Shown one piece after another: positions 50,433 through 62,800 of a DNA stretch of 64,000 bases (its first letter is position 1; every line of letters starts with the position of its first letter). Source of the DNA: Phoronis australis (Eukaryota > Animalia > Phoronida); the NCBI GenBank assembly GCA_002633005.1, contig NMRA01000302.1, positions 80,589 through 144,588 on the forward strand. Reading direction: 5' to 3'. A program made the position numbers and the translations under genes. The notes under the pieces were generated by a model. It was not told where the DNA came from. It saw only the letters and a list, made by a program, of their open reading frames with translations, and made no database searches.

Positions 50433-53400
50433 CTATAGTTTGCTTGTAATGCAGAGGTAAACCCCTATCAACACCAATAGCATGCCAAAACAGGATTCTG
50501 AAAGGAGAATCAAAATAGGTCGAAATTTTCTTACAGAAAATAAAATGTGCGAGTTTTACCAAGATAAGAAACCAGGCATGGATCCAGAGAGGCCTGTATT
50601 CTCACTGCACTGCTACTTTTGTATTGATGATCAGGAGGAACAAAACAAAATGTATCCTCTTTTCATCTCCCTCTGTAATCAACTTGGCGGCAAAAATAAC
50701 ATGTGAAATCCATTGAAAAGGTACGAAAATATAAAGTACATTTAAGGTTGTAAATTTTCAACGTACTTCATATTCACATCATTGCATTATCTTGTGTTAC
50801 TAATTCGGCCAAACAATAACAGAGATAAGGAATTAGCACGCAAGTTCCACTTTAAGGACAATAAATAGGACACTGCAAAAATGTCCAACTTTTGCAAATT
50901 TCGGAGCATCTCACCAAAATGGACGTTAAAATTAAAATAAACTTTTCAGATACCACGCTTTACGTACTGTTCTACAAAATGTTGTTTTTTTGCTAAATTT
51001 TACTAAAAAGACATAGCAACCTAACCAATCAGTAGGATATTGGCGTAGTCAAAAACCACCAAAATCTACGGGCTGTTTTCTTTCAGGAAGTATATGATAT
51101 TAAATACAAACACCAGTCAATAAATCTATTACTGGATTTACGGTACGTGGAGATGGCTACGTTGCGTCCTCCTCTCGAGGACTTCATCAGGCCACTGAGT
51201 TGTCACGTGACTTGTTATGTGATCTGTCGTATAGTTTCCGCGGGATTCTCTTCAGCGCCCTATCCCATGTCCTAGGTAAGTGAGAATCCCGCGGAAACTG
51301 TACGACAGATCACATGACAAGTCACGTGACAACTCAGTGGCCTGATGAAGTCCTCAAGAGGAGGACGCAACGTCGCCATCTCCACGTACCGTACGTCCAG
51401 TAATAGATTTATTGATTCTTATACTATGACCCAACTGGATGACTCAAAACATTCACTGTACAAACACCAGTCAATGATATTCTACATAACAATAAAGCTG
51501 CTGCGTTTGCCCATTTTTTAGTTTTGAAAATCACTAGCAAAGTGTTTTAGTAAAATTGTACTTCCAGTATATTGCAGTTTATTATTTTTCTGGTCGTTAA
51601 AGTTGAATGGATCCAATCAACAATATTTGTAATATTTCAATCACCAACAGTTCAATTCAACGGGGAACAAAACGACATGCCTTGTGTCAAACATAAATGT
51701 TTCAATCAGGCCAATTTCTGTACAGTTATAAACTCAGTCTCATTGTTTTCTGGTCTCGTATTAGAATTGATTTCAAGACTTGGGAAGAATCATTATTGGT
51801 TCAGACTAGGGCCATTAACTTGCTCGTCATGGTGCGTTGGTTTCAGCACAGTGGCTGTTAGCTGAATTCCAGGGAAAACCAATTTCTATCAATCGAACAA
51901 AAGCGATGCGAACATGACGACGGCGCTTTGGATTATCGAATAGGCAAGTGCTTTTAACACCAGAACTTGCTTTCTAGTGACTTCAAACAAACCCCATCTC
52001 GTACCTTTGTTAATTTTCTCACCCAGCAGCAATCCACTGACAGAGGTGAAGATGAACGTCAGAGAGTTCGTTAGGGGTACGGCCAGCGATATGTCTGGAA
52101 ATGAACAGAAAAATGTGAAATAACTCAGTAGCATTTGAGCTAAATCTGCAGAGTTATTTTGTAAATTATAACAAAGCTACAGTTCTTGCCACAGTCTCTC
52201 ACTGATATCCAGACTGGTGACTTTACCCGATAAATAGGCTTAAAATTCTCTGTCTTTTATGACTTGTGATTTAGCACTGCCAGCACAGCACTGAACTGTG
52301 ACTGCGAGGATCCCAGGTTCGTCTGAACTCCACTTTCATTGCTGATAATACCCCTTTTAAGTCTTAAAAACTTTTTCAGGCAGATATCTACTCACTCGCA
52401 GATGCTAGAGTTAAATAGTAGACAGACATCTACTCACCCGCAGATGCTACAGTTAAATAGTAGACAGATATCTACTCACCAGCAGATGCTAGAGTTAAAT
52501 AGTAGACAACAGAGCCACTTTGATTTACCAGAAAAGGTAGCATATACTGAAATGAGACAACAACAACAACAACAACGGATGAGAACGGAGTGCTGAACTA
52601 TTTCCACTTTAAAGAAAATCTCAAATCTTATTCACAAAAATTGGACATTTTTACAGTATTACAAACATGTCTACCAAAATACCTTCATCTTCTTATTTCT
52701 CAGCGAACTTCAAAAACGAAATATATACAGTGCAGCGAGAAAAAAGATTTAGTAGCACCACCTTGGAAGCACACAAACGACTTGTTAACAAAACTAAACT
52801 AAAAGACTCATCGAAATTCCTAACAGCATTTTTGAGATAACTGGTGAAGTTTTCATTAAAAATAAAAAAGTTTCACTAAAATCAACTGAGCTGTTATTTT
52901 GCTACGAATGCACCTTTCCTGAAAATGAAATTTCGACTTAAAAGGTGTTAACGTAATAACAATAATGGCACATAAAATATATTTTTATCATCACTGATTT
53001 TTTTCTTTCACAAAACATAATACTTTTACTAGTTGACAAAGCCTGTTTTGATATATACGAGTTAGAATGAATGCTACTCAATAAGGGTTGAGATAACCTT
53101 AGTTAAAGTTGGTACAATACACAGTAACGAACATCAGCCTGTTCAGAAGTCCAAAGTTTGTCATTTCCAAGAGGAAAAGGTCCAAACTAAGTCAATGCAA
53201 AACACTTTGAGTCACCAGGTATTGAATATGATTTCCTTTGTTGCACTCACAGCTGAAAATAAGTTCTAACAAAGACTATGTTGAATTTTTTAAATCAAGT
53301 CATGACTTATCAAACCTTAGTGTCGGACACAAAATTGATTGATTTAAAGAACCATTTAACAGTTTCACCAGGACACCACAATCCAAAGATTCACCATCCT

Positions 53401-56400
53401 CACAAAAATTTATTCTGAAGGAGTTACAACACAGTTTATTAACTAAAAGTTTTTGTTAAAGCAAAATCCTCTCTTAAAGTGGGTCTGCTTGCCTGAGCAA
53501 TACTATTATCATATCATCAATAATTAAATATGGAAATTACAAACATTTTGACTTTATTAATTGTAACGAATTTCAAAACTTTGTTGAAACTTCAAATATA
53601 CTGTACAGTAAGTGGGCCTTCAAATTTTGAGTTAAAAAATTAATATAAAACAACAACAATGAAAAGAATAGATTATAGAAAATACAAAATTCCTAACAAA
53701 AATTCCAAAATTGTTTCAGTCTAAAATTTGTAAAAGGCAACAGCAGCTCACCTTCCAATTGAAAATCAAAAACTTCAGTTCACAGAAGAACTGACAGATG
53801 GCAGACGCCTCCTTGATGTTCTCAATGCCTGCACTCCCCCGTTTGATGAATGGGTTGGTCCCGCCCCACAAGACAGCCACAACAGTTAACCAAAAACCTT
53901 GATCTAAAAAGACAAAATGGTCACTCTTTGAGAATTTACAGAACATTTACAGTTCAAAACCAAAGCAAAACAATAACAGTGTGAATACAATATCTGATTT
54001 TCTCTGGGAAATCGGAGTCATGAGTATTTGACATCTAGCAGATTGTGGTTAAAGTTTCAACAGGACTCATACGTGGTCGTCATGGCAATTCTCTCCATAT
54101 GCTGGCGGCTGCCCTGTTGATGGCATCAACCACTGCGTTTCCTACACAGCCCCTTTCATGTTTTTGCACAATTGTTATACACCAATGAACTGCTACCTTG
54201 CCTCCATCAAACTGCTGCAATGGGAACTATTTTCACCAATATTCAAGGTGTATTTCACAGTGTTCTTTTGGTAACTGAAGTGATATTTTGTCTTTTTTAT
54301 CTTTTATCTGGTATCAGGAAATGATTATAACAATGATTCCATGGAAAAATATGTGAAAGTTAGAATTGTCCATCTTATTACGAATAGCAATCACAATTCA
54401 AAGCAGAATCAAGTTAATGCCATGTTATTATCGTACTTGACCACTCACGTGACCTCCAACCTGAATCTAATCTGACTTGGTAGCATCGCCTCCCAATGTC
54501 AGTGAAATTCCTACAGGTATCCTATTCCTTGGATTCCAAAATTCTAAGCATTCCTTCTTTACAATAGTGTGAAAGCTCCAACTAGCGCCATCTTTGAAAA
54601 CCGTTGTTTAGGTTCAAGTTTTGGAATGGAACCCTCCTTTATTTTATTTTTTTTAACACAGAGAACTGTTTAATCCCACACCATAACCACAGAGTCAATT
54701 AGTTCAACAGGAAGAGTCATCACCGCAAACAAGATTTATTCTAGTCTGAAGTTTCTGGCTTCACCTTGACCTAATTAACACTGTGACTGAGCGGAAGGAG
54801 ACGATTAAGCGGTAACTAAAAAAAGCTTCCAAGATGGCCACTCATCATATTTGTTCGAGTTGGAAAGAGTTGAAAGCTTCCGAAAGTGTGCCTCTGTTGC
54901 AACCCTAACTGGTGCCTATACCAAACTGAAACTACGGGTAACTGTATGTTCTCAAATTACTATCAGTATTTTATAGGATTACTTAACAGTTATCAGAAAA
55001 GAAATTGAATGCAATGAGTGTGGGGTGGTGCGTAATAGTTTATCAGGACACTTCCTACATGTGGTTAATCCATATAAGGATACGTGAGTACTCTTTTTCG
55101 TCAATTATGGTTCTGATGAGCATTAAAAAATCCAAAAAATCATTGGCACTAACTTGGGAACTAATGGTAGCTTCAGTTTGGCACATGCATCAGTTTGGTT
55201 CACCAACCCATGATAGATTGATGTGCACCAAAGCAGTTTGGCGCAGGTATCAGACTGGGCTGCAACACCTCTGCGCTCAAATTTATACTTAAAGCTGCAG
55301 TTGAAGTTAATTTGATGGTTTAGCTAGTTTGAGGCGTAATTTGCTGAAGAGATTCCCCAAATTTTGGCTGGCATATGAGCTGACCAGTTTACTCTAAGCT
55401 AGGTAATTACATCGCCCTGTAATGTAGGGACGTGACAAAAAAATTCAAATTCTTATTTAATATTTAAAAATGCATTGATTTAAAAAAACATCAAAAACAG
55501 ATTCAAACAAAAAAAATTAACAAAATCCGTTGAGCCGTTGACTTTTTATGAATGTTTGAAGAGCGATAATTAGCCTTTTTTTTAGTCCACTGAATACATG
55601 GGAATTAGAGGAATTTATGTGACCCAAAATTAGTTTTTTCACAATAACTTCCTCAATACTTTTAATAACAACATGAAAATTTCAGGATATGACAATCCTA
55701 GCATTTACTTGGTGAGAAACATTTTTAAGACAACAAAAAATTCCAAATTCCAAAATGGCGGACAATATGGCCACCATTATGACTGCAAAAACGTCTTATT
55801 GTTTTACGTTAATGAACTATATGGTGTAATATACCATTAACGAACTATATGGTGTAATATACCAAATGATAGGTCTTTTCATTGCTTTTTTGAAGAGAAT
55901 GATGAAAAACATGTTCAGGCAATATTTTCGACATTTCCGCAATAGCTACCAAAATGGCTGCCAACATTACTGCGTTAACGACCACAAGAAGAGATTGATT
56001 CAGTAACCATGATGTACACGTAATATATGAATATTGAAGGTGTTTTTATGAACTGCAAGGATATCATACAATTGGGTTATGCATACATGTTTATTTTGTA
56101 CAAAATGGCTGCCAAGATGGCTGCCACCCATAACAGAAAAGTAGTTGCAGTAATACAATTTTACAAGACAAATGAAACCAAAACGAGATTCGTTCAACTT
56201 TAACAACAAATTTTTGCTTGACCGCCAACAAGACTACCCAGAGGTTCAAAAGTCCATCTGTAACAAATACAAGGGCACACTAAGTGCATCGCACAGATAC
56301 AAAGGATCGTCATTATTTTAATCCCACTAGGGGGTGCAATGCAGATGGAGCAAATGCACTAGAAAATTTAGGTAATGCAGAATACATCAAATATGTCTGA

Positions 56401-59140
56401 AAATGGAAATGCATTGTAGTCTCCTTAATAGAAACCTAACTACCAAGTTTCATGAAAATCCATCAATGAACTCTAAAGATACACAAGAAAACACACAAAA
56501 AAGTTGCCCTTGGGGGCACACAAACCGATTCCTTTTTTCTTTTGTTCAGTGGTAACTTTCTGGCGCTTTATCTGCTGTGTCAAATGTTTGATCTGACATG
56601 CTTTTGCAGACTTCAGTGAAGACTTGAGATCATGAATGGTTTTCTTTTCCTTCGAAACATACTGTAGCCGTCTCTTTAGTTTTTGTTTCCTAGGTGTTAG
56701 GACTTCTCGCTAAGAGGATGGTGTTGAGGTGGATGGCTCTGATTCAACTGAAGGGCCAGCTTCAAGCTCTGGTTGTGTCAGCTCAGGAAATACAGGTTCA
56801 TGGTGAGGGTCAGCAACTGCGCAAGACACAGGTTCTTCACTGGGTTCAGGAACGAGAGGAAACAACTCTTCGCACACTTTAAACTGGGACATGCTTCTTT
56901 CATTTGAAACTGATACTCTTTAGTGACCTATTCACCAGCGAGTTGATATATTGCTTCTAGTCATTTTCCAATTACCAATAAGTTCACGCTTTAAAGTTGA
57001 CACAATCTCAGTCAGTGATTTGTTGCACTGTAAGAACACAGGTATGACCATTTTTCATGTTTTCACTGGGAACAGAGTTGAAGTTCTCTTGCAGGAACTG
57101 TCTTGCTTTGCCAGATTGAGATAGAGCTGACAACTTTTTTGGAGGCATTCTGAAAATATAAAAAAGACATGTAAGAAAATTAACATACCAATGTACAGTG
57201 TCATAATATATTTGTTGTACACCAAATGATTCAGACTGCTTTGTCCTGTAATTACTATTAAACACTCACTACGAACCCTAAAACTAAAGTTTGAATTTTT
57301 TTACACTGATGTGCAACAAAGTTAAAAGCATCCTACTTAGATGCGCAACACATAACAAAAAATTATACTTTTTATGAGGCACTGATTTATCATTTTTCAA
57401 AAAATTGAACAGTTCCTTTCCTTAATAAGTGCACTTCAAGAACTTGAAAACTACAAATGTAAAATTCTCCAGTTGTGGACACAATATCATGTCAGGCCAG
57501 TGGAATTATATTTTGTCAAATACCTCAAGAAGGTAAAGGAATCGATGTACCTACTCAATGATTTTCCAGGCACCAACTTAACTTTTGAAAGAATGACAAT
57601 ATTAGCAACTATTGTTGTCTCAAACTGAAGAATTTTTTTAATGTGTTTGATTAGAAAATCATTACATGTTATTCAATGAAAAAATTAACAAAAGCACTGC
57701 TGTCTTATGGAATACACAAACTGTCATAAAAAACAGTAAAACATGGCAATATTGTGAAGAAAATCTAGCCAAAATCACACTTACCGGTAAACATTGTCAA
57801 AGAATTCGGGTTTTGAGCCAATCAAATCTCTGGGATTTGATCACGTGACCAAAATTCGCCGGACCAAGATTACCTATACTACACCTTACAAAGTCATCGA
57901 TATACAAAAAATACAAATGAAAATGTATGGAACTTCATCCAAATTGATCAATTCTGCTATTAATTTACATAAATTAGTCAATCTACCTAATTTAAGAGCA
58001 ATTGTTAACCATAAACGGCAATGCTGATACACTGGTCCGTAATGGCTGGTCAGCGAGAATGCCTGCCTCGGGTCTTAACTTTCACGGAGTTAGCAGATCA
58101 TGATACGGTGATTTGATTGGAATGAAATTTGGTGAACAGTTGCAAAAGATATAAAAAAAGAAAACATATTACATTTCATAAGAATCAATGCCCTACCTTT
58201 CAAAATACAAGCTGTCAAACAGGAGCGAAAAATTCCCCAACTTCTCACCAGTCACATGCTTTAACAAGAATGTAAACACAACAAAGAAAATGACGCATGC
58301 CTAGAAGAATTTACTGTCTACGTCATCAATAATGTGGTTCCCTGTTTTCTTGGTTTCTGGAGGAGAGAGAGTGGAAATACTATAGGCACCGTGAAACAAT
58401 GGCTGTCTAATCGATAATCGCCATTACGCAACATTTGGGAAAATCCAATCAGCGTTGAGATACGACTTTGTCACGTCCCTACTGTAATGCCACTGGTATG
58501 CAAGTCAAAGTAATTGCTCAGCTTATAGTAAGCATGCATATGTACATGTAGGTTATAATTAAAAATACCGTGACTCTGGGGACGATTTTGTCAACATAAT
58601 TTAAACAAATCCCTGAAAACCTTTCGAGTTTCACTAGAGCACAGCTCCTCTCACCGGTTGCCATTTTGCGGAAATTACGTGAAATCATGGCAGTTGACAA
58701 GCAAAAAGTCCAAGGGACACAAATCTTACAACTTCCACTGGATTTCAACGCAATCTACATTTTGCAAATGTCGTGCACCAGGTCACGAGGTTTGTTCAAT
58801 CTCACGCTTGTTGTTGCCTAACTCATGTGAAGTCAATTGAAATTCTCTGTGGTTTTCATACACGGTGAAAAAGTTAACAGCGACCAAAAAGTGCCAGGGG
58901 CTGGAATTCTTTGCCAAAGTCATCTCAATTCATGTGGACATGCTTCATCGAAGATATGTATAAAACCAGAAAGGATCGCTGAATGAAGAAAATAAGTGCT
59001 TTTTCAAGTGACAATTAAGTGTAAAATATTTTTTTAACAAGCTGAAAAACCGCTTATCCTATGACCTATGCCCTATGGCTAGTACTACGTAGTATAGTCC
59101 GGTTACCTATTGTCGTCAGGCTCCAAAGGTCGTCCGCCAT
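50433..59140 (-). CDS. TMEM234: Transmembrane protein 234 (135 aa)
   Basis: Exons 59140-59107, 53903-53752, 52546-52480, 52094-52005, 50497-50433 join in frame (408 nt): VAVLWGGTNPFIK, YMLPFLVNQSGSVVYYLTLASA, DISLAVPLTNSLTFIFT, GMLLVLIGVYLCITSKL-stop. Confidence 0.93.
51105..51475. mobile_element. Truncated Penelope-like retroelement as a tail-to-tail inverted repeat
   Basis: Arms 51117-51250 and 51282-51415 with a 31-nt loop; 17-bp direct repeat TACAAACACCAGTCAAT at 51105 and 51459; - strand reads HLPRTWDRAL like a PLE ORF C-terminus; hammerhead-like motif in each arm. Confidence 0.75.
51337..51379 (+). ncRNA. Minimal type I hammerhead ribozyme motif with variant core (second copy on - at 51195-51153)
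   Basis: Stem I GTGGC/GCCAT, CTGATGA core, stem II GTCCTC/GAGGAC, GCAA in place of GAAA, palindromic stem III ACGT, cleavage triplet GTC (GTA in the - copy). Confidence 0.65.
52381..52506. repeat. 3 x 42-bp tandem repeat spanning the TMEM234 exon 3 donor
   Basis: Units at 52381, 52423 and 52465, consensus CAGATATCTACTCACCNGCAGATGCTAGAGTTAAATAGTAGA. Confidence 0.95.
55425..58481 (-). mobile_element. Non-autonomous hAT-type DNA transposon (3057 bp) in TMEM234 intron 1
   Basis: 15-bp perfect TIR TAGGGACGTGACAAA and 8-bp TSD CTGTAATG (55417-55424, 58482-58489); decayed coding remnant at 57150-56520. Confidence 0.85.
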
Positions 59141-59891
59141 CTTGTTTCGCGTGCAGCGCAACCACGCGGGACTTAGCGTTCCAATTTGGAGTGCTCGTCT
59201 GCACGTTAGGTACTAACCTCTCGGGAGAAACACGCATAGAAAAAGTGAGACTAAAATTAGTGCATTTACCGACTGTTTTTTTGAGACCACTTAAAAACTT
59301 GTCGATTTTACTAATGCACTTTTTTGTTCATTTTCAGAAGATATTTTCGAAATTAAATTTTCTTCAGACGGAACAAAAAGCAACTCAGGGATTGTCTATG
59401 CAATGTATCTATTTGTCCCAGGCACTAACCGACACCTGNAAACTTCCGAATCGATGAATGCGGTATATCTGTGAGAGTTAAATCGAATCCTATTCAGATC
59501 ATAACTTTGAAGTGGAATAATTCGGTGAGTACAACAGCAAGTCGGTTTTATGCTTAGGCGGACGACCATTGGGTTCCCGAGTATAGTATAGTAATGAACT
59601 TACACAAGTCGGTCATTACAAGCGATAGTTCGCTGGGGTTACAAATTCTATATGAACCATAAGCACCCGAATCTTGCAATGCCTCACAAACTGATGACAA
59701 CAAAGGAGACACAGCGTTGGCGTCAGAGGTGGAAACGAGGAGCAGATAAACTCTAGAGCTTGTGATTTGAACAAAACGTGAATCACAAGGGAGCAGACAT
59801 CTTGAAAACACATGCGCGATAGGCAATTTGATAGAGACTTCCGGTCGTGGTTCATTTGCCGGGAAGACAGTTGTTCACATATTTCTGTAAA
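59141..59891. promoter_or_regulatory. Bidirectional promoter between TMEM234 and EIF3I
   Basis: Divergent ATGs at 59140 and 59892; ETS-like ACTTCCGG at 59837; YY1-like CCGCCATCTT overlapping the TMEM234 start; N at 59439 makes the spacing uncertain. Confidence 0.7.
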
Positions 59892-62800
59892 ATGGTGAGA
59901 GTTTAGAGTACAGTAATCATTCGTGTTTATGATTATAGTCCTTAGATACTTTGTGCCATTGATTTTAGCTAATTTGTCGCCTCTGACTTGAAATTAGTAT
60001 GTAAAATTTACATAATGTGGTTGACGTTAGCCATCCATCTAACTTCGTACCATCCAACCAGGCGAGGCTTATCATGAATATGAAGGACCCATGAGGCTAG
60101 GATGACTTGAGCTGAGTGCACCTCTTCCCTTCAGTGTGTGGTTACTGTCGCCATCGGAGCTTATTTCCATGCCTGTGCTGTATACCATATGAGTAAGGGC
60201 TCGGGCAACAAGCAGGTAAATCGGATAGGTGAATCCCGCTTTGCCCTTCAAATGGAGAGTAATAAACAAAGTGTAGCGTAAACAACATTTCTTCTTTTTC
60301 AGAAACCCCTTATGTTACACGGGCATGAAAGGTCCATAACACAGATCAAGTACAGTCGAGAGGGGGACCTTCTGTTCTCATCGGCAAAAGATCAAGAACC
60401 CAACGTCTGGTATTCATTAAATGGTGAACGATTAGGCACCTTCCGAGGACACAGTGGGGCTGTGTGGACATTAGATGTCAACTGTATCCTTGGCAAAAGT
60501 CGTTTTTCTGATTACCGTATGCAGTTGGGTTGATATCGGCTAAATCACAATCAAGGTCCATATTCGAGAGTTGACTGTGTTACGGTCTAAAATAATTTTT
60601 TTTGGTCACTTACCTAATGCCAACTGAACCTCATATGCAAAGAGGTATTTAGTTGTGCAAATTAAAAAAGAATCATCAAAATTTGACAATGTTTTTGTCT
60701 GTGAATTTCATGCATTTTTAGCGTTACGAGTGGCCATTTTAAAAATTACAATTTTCAATTGTCAGCAGTAGAAATGAAATTTTTTATCAAGTAAGCAATT
60801 GCTTAGATATGACTGGGAACAACTTGAGTCACTTTTAGAATCACTTAGATGAAGTTGTGCTTAAACATTGAGAAATGGGTTCATCATAAAACAGGCACTC
60901 GTTACGAAATTTGTAAATTCTGTTTTTCTAACCCTCACCTACTGTAAAGACGGTTAAAAACTAAAGTTCAAACTCTGTCATACAAAGAACTGCAGAATAT
61001 GTTAGCCTAGGCAACACAGCAAATTACTCAATATCTAAATCAAAATCTGGATATTGACTGGGTTCTGCTATGTTGAAAATGGGCCAAAAAGGCTAACAAA
61101 ATGTAGTGTACATACCCCCATGTGGAATTCAGTAACACAAATGGTCATTGCAAATGAAATTATTGCCTTTTAAATAACAACATGGTGCTTATTTTCATCA
61201 AAGAAAATAAATGGCCATACAACATTATGTTACCATGTGATGCAGAAACAGTGATGTAGTGTACGTACCTCCCTTGTAGTGTACGTACCCCTATGTTTAC
61301 AAATGCCATGCAATTAAAATATCACTGGGTAAGTGAGCAACACTGGTCATAGACAGTTTCCTTCCTTAAAATTGTTAGGTTAAAAGAGTGTTGTTTGTCA
61401 ATACATTTGTTTTGAGTGAAATATTAGCATTTGTGTACTGAAAGTACCCCCATATTTTAATTTGTGCCTATTTTCAAAGTATGGCAGATATGCACACGAA
61501 TGCTGTCCTTTTTATTTTTGCTCTTTGAATTGATTTAGTAAATCAACTAACTCTCAGTAGATTCTTAGTATTTAGTTACAAACTTGACATGTCATTGAAA
61601 TTACATAACTCTGTGTAGTGTACGTACCCCGATGTGAACAAATGCCGTGAAACAAAAATATTATACCGTATATAAGCAACATTTGTCAAAGACAGTTTCA
61701 TTCATTAAAAATGCTCAGTTAAAAGGGTTTTAATTACAAATACATTTGTTTTGAGTGAAGTATTAGCATTTGTGTAGTGTACGTACCCGTATATTTTAAC
61801 ATGTGCTTGTTTTCAAAGAATGACAGACAGATATGCACATGTGTGCTGTGCTTTTTATTTGTTCTATTTGAATAGATTTGGTAAATGAACTAACTCTCAT
61901 TAGATTCTAAGTATTTTTTATAAACCTGACAAATCATAGACATGTAGTGTATGTACCCCTGTGTAGTGTACGTACCCTCAACCTCTATGATATAAAGTAT
62001 TGCCCACAAGTATGTTTATATACTGCTGTTCTCATGAACAATACTGATATTTCCTAAATGAATACAGTCTGACAAAAAAAAACAATGGACATTATCAAAT
62101 TTTTGGGCAATAAAATGCCACACAGGACTTGGCTAGTACTTCACATCCTAGAAGACAACGTCATGTGACAACTGATGTTGCAGAGGCAGGTTCTCTATCT
62201 CTCAAGACAACTTGCAACAAACCAACCAGTACTAGTAGAAGCAGCTCAAAACTCAAGACCATCCCATACAATTGTAACTTAGTCAAAATTTGAAGTTGAT
62301 TGACTGTGTAGTGTACGTACCCCCCAACCAGTACCATTTTTTTACTATTTACAAGTGGAAAAGTGGGCCTAGCATTGCTTTAACAATTTTAACTAACTGG
62401 TGATTGTATTGAAAACTAGGCAAATAGCACCAATAAAGTTTTTGAAAAAAGTAGTAACTTGTCATTTACTTTTTGTAAGAACATATTGCAAGAGAGGAAG
62501 TTCTCATTATACTGTGTTAAGATTATGTAATGTGTCATCATCTAGAACAACTTGATCAGCACGGTAATAACTTTTCTTACTTTAGTATGGGATACTTCTT
62601 CAATTTGATCAAGAACTTGTTAAATTAACAGCTACCTTATGAATTTTTGCATGGTAGAAGTTGGCTGTGACCATAAGTTGTAGTGTACGTACCCTTTTGT
62701 ACAACTGTGATGCATTAGGCCATAAAATTTTATTCGGTGGTTCTTGTGCAAAAATGTTTTAGATTACAAACCTGGAATGATGGTACTTTAAAATAACCCA

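Noticed and set aside
50364-50435. Stop-codon readthrough fusion of TMEM234 and WDR55
   Set aside because: The ORFs are in frame but a second stop (TAA) lies 12 codons after the TAG.
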